Assembly (NCBI RefSeq): GCF_002105155.1
Contig: NW_019028981.1
Coordinates: 248,001 to 312,000, forward strand
Source of the DNA: Lobosporangium transversale
Taxonomy: Eukaryota
Direction of reading: 5' to 3'
DNA: 64,000 bases
Within the stretch, counting starts at the first letter, position 1; each line of letters opens with the position of its first letter. Both the position numbers and the translations under genes were made by a program. Under the pieces are notes generated by a model. The model was not told the origin of the DNA, made no database searches, and saw nothing but the letters and a program-made list of their open reading frames with translations. Below are positions 56,201 to 64,000 of the stretch, one piece after another.

Positions 56201-58072
56201 CAGAAACCAATGGAAAGAGAGTAGATTGGGAAAAACCTTACCACAACTTCCTCTGGTGGTGCTTTGCAACGATCGCATAACCATGGTTCGCTTTCGGATG
56301 GAAGTGTTTTGACACCATAACAAGCCTGATGTACGCACAAGGCGCAATCGAGTGTGTCGCAATAAACAAATACATTGTCTGCCTCTGTCGATCGACCCAG
56401 GCACACACAACACACCTCAGGATCATTGTCTTTCTATTACATGGTAAGATACGTCATTAGTGAGGATAGAGAACCATCAGACGGATCTTCTGTTTTGTAT
56501 AATGAATAAAGTGAAACGTAACAAAATTTAAAACTCACCCATTGCCAAAGTGCGGTCAAGAGATCTTGTTCATCATTGAAAGCCTCCTCTTGTTCAGGCC
56601 TTATCTCATCTTCACTCGCTGCATCATCAGGAATAATCATGTCTTCATCCTCATCGTTACTACCATCTTTGGTATCTTCAAAATCAGAATCATCCTCGTC
56701 CGCCGCAAGCTCCATGGGGATCTCATGAACGGATTTAGTTTTGATTTTACGCTTGCCTGGATCACGATCAGCGACTGGTTACAAAAAAAGAAAAAATAAA
56801 AATAAAAAAGCGTTGATAACAGATTAAAATCAATACAACTATCTGGTGAAAATAAAATGATAAATAAATAAGAAAAGTAAAAAGCTTACAGATCTTCTGG
56901 AAAAGACTTGCAGTATCGTTTTCGGACTTTTTGGACACTTCGGTCTTTATCTTTTTTTTGGCAGGCATCAAAGAAGAGTCCTTGGTAGTCTTTCCTGTTG
57001 AGGAAACAGATGTATTGGTAGAATTCATTTGACGGCACCCTCGTTTGACCCCAGCACCTACAGTATGTTCGGGTTGTGATTCGATGTCTTCTTGTGCATT
57101 GCCAGTAGGAAGCTGTGTGATTGATTTATGATTTGGCTCCAAACCCTCCGACCCGCTCGCCAATTGTTCCTCTTGACTATCATCTCTTGATCCTTTTTGC
57201 TCCTGCTCCTGCTCCTTCGAGTCTTGTTGTTGTGGCAATGGTGAATTTGGAGGCTTGTCCTCATTTTCTTTTGTGATCGATTCTGATTCTGTGTTGATAA
57301 TGGACTCTGAGGATTCTACCTGGTCGCTTTTGATCAGATCGGTTGAATTGAGCAAGTTTGAAAGAGGTACTACTCCGCCATCGACACCCCCCTGACACTG
57401 CACTTTTTGTTCAGAATGCTCAGTGTCGTCATTAACAGAATGAGTAGAGGGTTGATGTGTAGGTAAAGCGAATGTTTGTGGTGGTGTTGACTCGGGCTGT
57501 AACTTTGACTCTATGGCAGAACAGTGATTTGTGGATTGATTGGCAATAGCAGGAATGGGTGACAAAGCTCTAACCATTGCATTCCCACCAGTGCTATTAG
57601 CAGCGGCTCTCCGCTGCCTCTGTGGACGGGTTGTCTGTGAGACTGCCTGGCCTTGTAAACTTTGACTTTGCCGTGTTCGATAGGTGAGATGAACATGGGT
57701 GCGCTCTTGAACAAGATTAAGGTTTTCAACCATAGAAATTGGGTGGTCATCTGAGGAAACAATGATATCAGGACCTGGTATTGCTAGTAGGGGCTCTGGA
57801 TCTTCCCTGTCTATGCTTTGGGACTGATGTTCCTGTGGAGGGGGTGGTAAAGACAACATCATTGGTTGCTCCTGTTGCTCACTATGTTGGAGATCGTCAT
57901 GGTTATTATGATTACGTTGGTTTCGTAGGTGTTGAAGGGCGCTGGCATCCTTCACAAACCGGACGGGGCGAGTATGGTTATGTGAATCCTGTTGCTGTTC
58001 GACCATCATCATCAGTGACATGCTACGGTACTCTGGTGTAAAAGGTGGGGAATAGTGTTGAGGAGGCATCAT
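53283..58072 (-). CDS. PHF14: PHF14-like PHD-finger chromatin protein (PHD, Zn-knuckle, ePHD, coiled coil, further PHD); start uncertain
   Basis: CCVCLG...VYCD...CVHQACYGV, CPSKDGAFRR...GWVHVVCALW, GACVQCDAGQCRKSFHITCAQ...ADPYFMYCKQH (PHF14-type motif), and CDSCQRQFHPKCLDPP. Confidence 0.75.
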
Positions 58073-59944
58073 GCTTTATGATTTTATGATTCGAATAAAA
58101 AGAACAAAATGAATAAAAAAAATAAAAAAAAAAAAAAAAAATAAAAAATAAAAAAAAAAAAGATTGGGCAAAGAACAAACAAGACTATGCAGCCGAACAA
58201 TTAATAAAAAGCAAACAAAAAGACATGATAGAAAACACCCAAGCAAAGTAATGAAAAAGAAAAAAGAAAAAAGAAAACGAGTTAGTGCCAATGGTTTTTA
58301 TTGTTATCATCTTTTTTTTTTTTTTTTTTTTTACTTTGCATTCAAAAATAACAGATCTTTCATGAAACATGACAAGCACTTACCTACGACCCAGTTGTCA
58401 CTGTACAAACACACCCCACAACTGCCGAAGAGAGTGTCGTAGGGTGAATCAAACCACTTTTTATCCTGTATTTGTCTTTCCTTTTTTATTTTTGAATTTT
58501 TTTCCCTTCTTTCCTTCAAAACAAAAAAAAAAAAGCCTTCGTCTTCTTTTTTTTTTTTTTTTTTTTTTTTTTTCTTTGTTGTTTGGTATTTGATTACTTG
58601 TTTTTGAATGCAGAGTGACTGTGGGAATACAAAAGAGTACGCTGCATTGGATGAATAAAAAAAAAAAAAAATTGCCAAAACGGATATGGGTCGACGTTAT
58701 TCTGCTGTCGATGAAGCAATTATGAGAGGTGAAAGGACAGAAGGAAAGGAAGAAGAAAGAGAAGGAAAGAAAGTGAAGAAAGAAGGAAAAAAAGGAAAAG
58801 AATAAAAAAAAAATTTTCCAAAATAAAATTCCGCCTATGATTTCTATTCCATGTGTGTTGATTTGTACCTGGATAATGATGAAAAATCTTTTCGGTCTTT
58901 TCCCATCCAACACGCTTGAAGCTCTCTTTTTTTCTTTTTTCCACTCTCCTCTTTCGCCCTTTCTCTATCTTTCTGTCTTTCAACTGGCTGCGGCCAACAT
59001 GCATTCTTTTTTATTGTTTGCATTTTCTTTTTTTCTCTTGTGAGTATGCACGGCGTGAGTGCGAATGAATGAGAAGTGAAGGAGCCACAGAGTGTTGCAT
59101 TCAGAGCTTTCTTCTTTACAACAAAAACCACTCTTCAGTTTGGTTACAATGACCCAAACCTTTTTTTTGTGCGATTGCGATTGTAACTTGTAATAAAGAT
59201 GTGATTCTTGTTACACTTGCATCCCATCCTTATCCCAAGCCCATCTTGACGGGAAGAATAATAATAATAAAAAAAAGGGATGAAGAAAACCCATTTTTTA
59301 TTTATTTTCTTTTCTCTTCAACATTATTTAGGCTGTGTTCTTGCTCCAAATCAATTCACTCTTTTTCTCTTTCTCTTCCTTCCTTTTCTCTCTTTCTCTT
59401 TCTCTTCCTTCTCATATTTCCTCCCGGCTCAAATTTCTTGCATTTCTTGCCATCATCATACATCTGATAATCCTGATAATTTTGCACCACATGCTTTACA
59501 ACCCAATTGATACATTGTCAATAAAAAAAACATCGTCAACACACCTTTCATTTCTCCCGCAAAAGACAAAACAAGACTGAGTATCTACATATATTTCTAC
59601 ATGGACTGAGTTGTTATTGAAGAGAAAAAAAAAAAGTGCTGTTACACATAAACTTATGGGACCGTCTTTTTTTTTTTTTTCCAAGTCTCCCACGGTCAAA
59701 AGCTCATGCTCTTTTCATAAAACCAACTCTCGTTGGAACCCTATTGATACTCTGTCGACACATCTACTTGACTCTACTCCATTTCAAATCTTCATGTCAA
59801 CTTTTTTTTTTCTTTACTCTTGTTTTTCTTCAGCCCAAATATTTTATTCCTTTTAAGACTGCGTTGCATCGTGTGACAAAGGTTGCACAGGACTACAATT
59901 AAGATTTTGGTGACGCGCACCATCTCCTTTCTATCTCTTCCTCT

Positions 59945-59976
<32 letters not shown>

Positions 59977-60199
59977 GATGTTGGGTCTCGACAATTCATT
60001 TGGTATGGTAAGGGTGAGTCTTTTACCTGATTGAGAAGGAAAAGGGAGTAAGGGACACTATTCGGGATTCTTAAGGAGAATGGAGAGAATGGGGAGTCTG
60101 AGGAGTATAAAAAAATGAAAAAAAGGCCTTCAGGGGTAAAAACATACGCACCGACCATCGGATCAAGTGAAGTCGAACACAAAGCATGCGCCCAAACAA

Positions 60200-61450
60200 A
60201 AAAAAAAAAGACTCCATGTTGAGGTGAAGCAAGCTAACTTGGACGAGCTTAGTTGTACTTTATTTTGTGGCCTATTTCTTTCTATCAATTCGTCAAGCAG
60301 AAGTGTCATGTCGTAATGGACTAGGATATGATCGAAATCTACATGCGACTTTTGCAAAAACATTCGAACTGTTCAAAGCTGAATGAGAGAAGCTTTTAGT
60401 GGCAATAGAAGCATCTACATTTAGCTTCCAAACATCATGGGCATAAAAGCTATCCAAGCAGGACGATCATCAACCGGCCAACTGGCCTATTAACGGGCAT
60501 TGAGGCAAGCTAATAATGATTTAGGTCATTGTGATAAAAAAAGGAGAAACAGGGTCCAGTCGATGATGGATAGGGAGTTCAATTTTATAAGATCATTGGT
60601 CTCTCTTGACAGATCATTTCTCAGCAAATCAATAGGTGGCACATGGTGGAGACGCTCTGAATAAACTATCCTGTTAACCTACTGTTGGTGGTGAACTATA
60701 GCAAAAAATGAAATAAAATCGATGGGAAAGTTCATGAAGGCCGGCCATGAATGCACATATGGCAAGGGAATAGCAGTGTTCAGGTGAGGATGAACAAGGT
60801 GACAGCAAATGTCTCATGGCCAAGTGTCTATATTAAACCTAAAAAAAAAAAAATGGTTCGAAATGAGACAAGTCAAAAGAAATGATCGTTTTCAACAACA
60901 ATGAAACAACAACGGACGAAGAAAGTTGGACGGAGAAAGGACTCGTCTCTGAAGCTCCTGCTACTACACAGCATGGGTAAGCGCGGTAACGACGCAGACG
61001 TTCATTCACAAGCAATACCATGCCGACCTTGTGTTTATTACTGTCTTAGGATTACAACCTTATTTACAACCATATAAACGCAAAAAGTCGCGTGGCAAAA
61101 TGTTGTCGACTTACTCAAAGAGGAAGGCAAAACAAAGATAATATCAAGAGAAACACCAACGATTTTCGAGCACGCAGTCAGTTTCCACCAAACGACTCTG
61201 TAATGTCCTTTGCAATGGGAAGGGCATCTATCCTATCTCCAGAAAGGATCCGGTATTTCTCCCTTGCCTCAGAGACTGCTTAATAAAGTGGGTAAGCTCT
61301 ATGAGAAAGAGATGGCTATAAAGGAATCAGTCTGGACGGAAAAAAATCACGAAGAATGCCTAGCAGGGGAATCAACCCAACCAAGGACAAGACAGCTAAG
61401 CGATGGACGTACAGAAACCAATGGGAATCAGATGGATATGTGAAGTAATT
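60200..61450. mobile_element. Possible highly decayed PIF/Harbinger-like remnant (transposase-like trace on -, Myb/SANT-like trace on +)
   Basis: Broken + frame WTEK..LKLLLLH..LQPY..KVAWQNVVDLLK with a GT-AG intron; broken - frame LMIVLL.*L.CP...F...LSFSF...DHILVHYD. Weak similarity only, no TIRs found. Confidence 0.25.
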
Positions 61451-61778
61451 CCTTGAGTTGATATAGCTGATCTCGTGTGAACCGAAGCTATTTGTAACTT
61501 TTGGCGTTGGGTCATGTATTGATATTGAACGGCTCTTCGGCTTGTCGTAGACGATAACTTGGCGATGCCTTTGGTTTCGTAGCTCTTCAACATTTGCAGA
61601 CTGAATCCATATGTCACAGAGCGCGTGAATACGGCGCTCCAGATCATGGTTTCATTTTGAATAAATATATGCAGCTCATACGATTTTTGATCTACGATCA
61701 TTTATTAGTTGTTTCAAAGTCAACTGTCTATTGTCAACATTGAATCAACACCAACAATCATCAAGGAAAGTAATCCAT

Positions 61779-62818
61779 TGTTTCTTTGCGCTTCCTATGT
61801 ACCTTTCTTCACTTCTGATCTATCGGTCAGAGGAATTGGTCATGAGTCTTCGCGAATAATCTGCTATTGATGTAGATTTGCGATGATACCCGCAAGGGTT
61901 TAGAGTCATGAATGAGAAGTCAGCGTGCAGCAGGCGAGTGATTTCTTCCAATGAGGTATAAATGACACTCAATCGGTGGTACGGCACTCTTCTTCTATGA
62001 CGAAGACTATCCAACAAGAACAGTATCCGGCCTTGTTCGCTCGCAGGGTTCTAAGGCACTCGAAAGGGTTTAGAGCGGATACTGTGGAGTGTACATTTAT
62101 CGCTCATTAATATTATCTACTGTTATTTTCCTGTTCCTTTGCGCTTCCTATGTACCTTTCTTCACTTCTGATCTATCGGTCAGAGGAATTGGTCATGAGT
62201 CTTCGCGAATAATCTGCTATTGATGTAGATTTGCGATGATACCCGCAAGGGTTTAGAGTCATGAATGAGAAGTCAGCGTGCAGCAGGCGAGTGATTTCTT
62301 CCAATGAGGTATAAATGACACTCAATCGGTGGTACGGCACTCTTCTTCTATGACGAAGACTATCCAACAAGAACAGTATCCGGCCTTGTTCGCTCGCAGG
62401 GTTCTAAGGCACTCGAAAGGGTTTAGAGCGGATACTGTGGAGTGTACATTTATCGCTCATTAATATTATCTACTGTTATTTTCCTGTTCCTTTGCGCTTC
62501 CTATGTACCTTTCTTCACTTCTGATCTATCGGTCAGAGGAATTGGTCATGAGTCTTCGCGAATAATCTGCTATTGATGTAGATTTGCGATGATACCCGCA
62601 AGGGTTTAGAGTCATGAATGAGAAGTCAGCGTGCAGCAGGCGAGTGATTTCTTCCAATGAGGTATAAATGACACTCAATCGGTGGTACGGCACTCTTCTT
62701 CTATGACGAAGACTATCCAACAAGAACAGTATCCGGCCTTGTTCGCTCGCAGGGTTCTAAGGCACTCGAAAGGGTTTAGAGCGGATACTGTGGAGTGTAC
62801 ATTTATCGCTCATTAATA
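61779..62818 (+). repeat. Tandem array of a 353-bp unit, about 2.95 copies, nearly identical
   Basis: Copies start at 61779, 62132 and 62485; the same 65-aa ORF recurs at 353-bp spacing in the track. Confidence 0.97.
61812..62108 (+). ncRNA. Candidate structured RNA (one unit of the tandem array)
   Basis: Nested complementary segments: 61950-61970 with 62087-62108, 62020-62029 with 62076-62085, 61840-61849 with 61902-61911, 61915-61922 with 61939-61946, 61812-61820 with 61825-61833. GCAA and GAAA tetraloops and G-U pairs favour the + strand. Confidence 0.5.
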
Positions 62819-63294
62819 ATATTTATCTTAACTCTGTTTTTTTCCATGCAGCTTTATCTTTTTGTAAACCCTGAGTTGACCTGTAAGGCTATCTAACTGT
62901 TTAGTACCTGTAGATCTATGTCTGTGGTCCCGGCCCGAAGGGAGAATACTTGACTGGTTTGAATAAAACAGAGGACTTGGTCTTATTTTCCTAGATGTAT
63001 AATTACGACTGTCCCGCCTTGGTACCCACCCTTTTGTCGTTTTTATACCTCGTCCCTTTGGCTCTTTCAGAAGCGAGCGGACCATCATTGTGCCTAGGGA
63101 TTAATTTATTCTTTTCCTACAGATTTATCTTGCAATAAAAAAGAATATCTCGCTGATTTAAGCTTATTCTCTCTATTAAGATGGCATATTCGCTTGGTAT
63201 TACATTTTAATTTCATTTGTTTAAAGACTATTTCTGCATTCACACGATAAATGAAGAGGGTAGTGGAAACAGAATTGCTACGACTGGGTACTCT

Positions 63295-64000
63295 TTAAGA
63301 AGAGTAGATATCTGATGATGTAGGGTCGGTAGGAGAGCTACCAAGAGTCTCGTCGTAAATATGCTTTTCTAATGAAGAGTAAAGCCACTCGTCATCACCC
63401 TTCTCGCTCTCCTCCGTTTCATACATCTCCACCGTCCTCTTGACACAACTCTACAATAAAGTCAAAACGAGACCCGTTAACCATTGTGTAACAAAACACA
63501 TGGTGATGGAAACCATCCATTAATCCATCTTACCCTGACTTGCAACAGGTGAGCGAGCCCTTGGGACTGAAGCTTCCACACTGTGGCAGTGGGGGGCAGT
63601 TGGTACGAACTGTACAAATGTACCAACATGATGTAGGCGCTGAAGGGGGATGCCCTCATCTCCATGGTCTTGAAACCTCGTCCTAAAAAAACAAGCAAGT
63701 TAACAGACCGAACTGCTACAACTTTCTAAAATAACTCAATGATCCTGAATAATTTACCTCCAGAGTATATGGCGAAGAATCTCGCTTGGCTACGGAAGTG
63801 CGAGCTCGGTTGCTCCTGAAACCGGTGGGATGAAATGAGGTGAAGATCTTTGAACAATGTCACATCAAGTTCGTGCAGGAACTTGGTCGACACCTCATCC
63901 CACTCCTTGTGACTCTCTACCACAAACCAGTCGCGCTTGTTGGTTGTGTCTCTGGCCACCAGATCTAGCTTTCGTCCGCTCTGTTTGCGCGGTGGGGAGG
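63295..64000 (-). CDS. 3' part of a PD-(D/E)xK REase-fold-like protein gene (Crinkler-REase-like); continues beyond the window
   Basis: In-frame exons >64000-63758, 63682-63534 and 63450-63295 with GT-AG introns: SGRKLDLVARD..KRDWFVVESHKEWD...LFKDLH...GRGFKTMEMR...LLQVR|SCVKRTVEMY...TAA. The family assignment is less certain than the gene model. Confidence 0.65.

Noticed and set aside
58076..60180. Many short overlapping ORFs
   Set aside because: Low-complexity A/T-rich intergenic or UTR sequence upstream of the PHD gene.
61915..61946. AGAAGTCA resembling hairpin-ribozyme loop A
   Set aside because: It pairs fully with TGATTTCT downstream; no matching NGUC substrate strand or loop B arrangement was found.
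61820..62723. Three identical 65-aa minus-strand ORFs
   Set aside because: TTG start, no recognisable motif, and simply a product of the tandem repeat; the pairing pattern favours a + strand RNA.
61779..62818. CRISPR array or guide-RNA array
   Set aside because: Units are identical over their whole length with no variable spacers, and no Cas, TnpB or Fanzor ORF is seen in the window.

Overview
Intron-rich eukaryotic DNA with long poly(A)/poly(T) tracts. The gene set (trifunctional TRP1, PHO8-type phosphatase, DUF1769, expanded F-box and RNI-like LRR families) points to an early-diverging fungus, probably Mortierellaceae; this is inference. Conserved genes in order: EXO84 (5'-truncated), alkaline phosphatase, DUF1769, snurportin-1, TPX2-like, LYR protein, ARP4, SSF1/PPAN, a PCTAIRE-motif CDK5/PHO85-like kinase, a Neverland/DAF-36-like Rieske oxygenase with a long multi-TM N-terminus, PP1 inhibitor-2, PEX14, TRP1 and a PHF14-like PHD protein. 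Three accessory regions stand out. (1) An F-box birth-and-death cluster at 8.3-18.6 kb, next to a decayed restriction-endonuclease-fold gene. (2) A 7.6-kb foldback-like element at 40409-48049 with two near-identical ~3-kb inverted arms; its spacer is a decayed COR-like/RNI-LRR gene fragment, and each arm carries an outward-facing spliced mini-ORF. (3) About three tandem copies of a 353-bp non-coding unit at 61779-62818 that can fold into an extensively base-paired, GNRA-capped RNA, a candidate circRNA/retrozyme-like or novel ncRNA element. Splice sites, folds and family assignments were read by eye; no searches were run.
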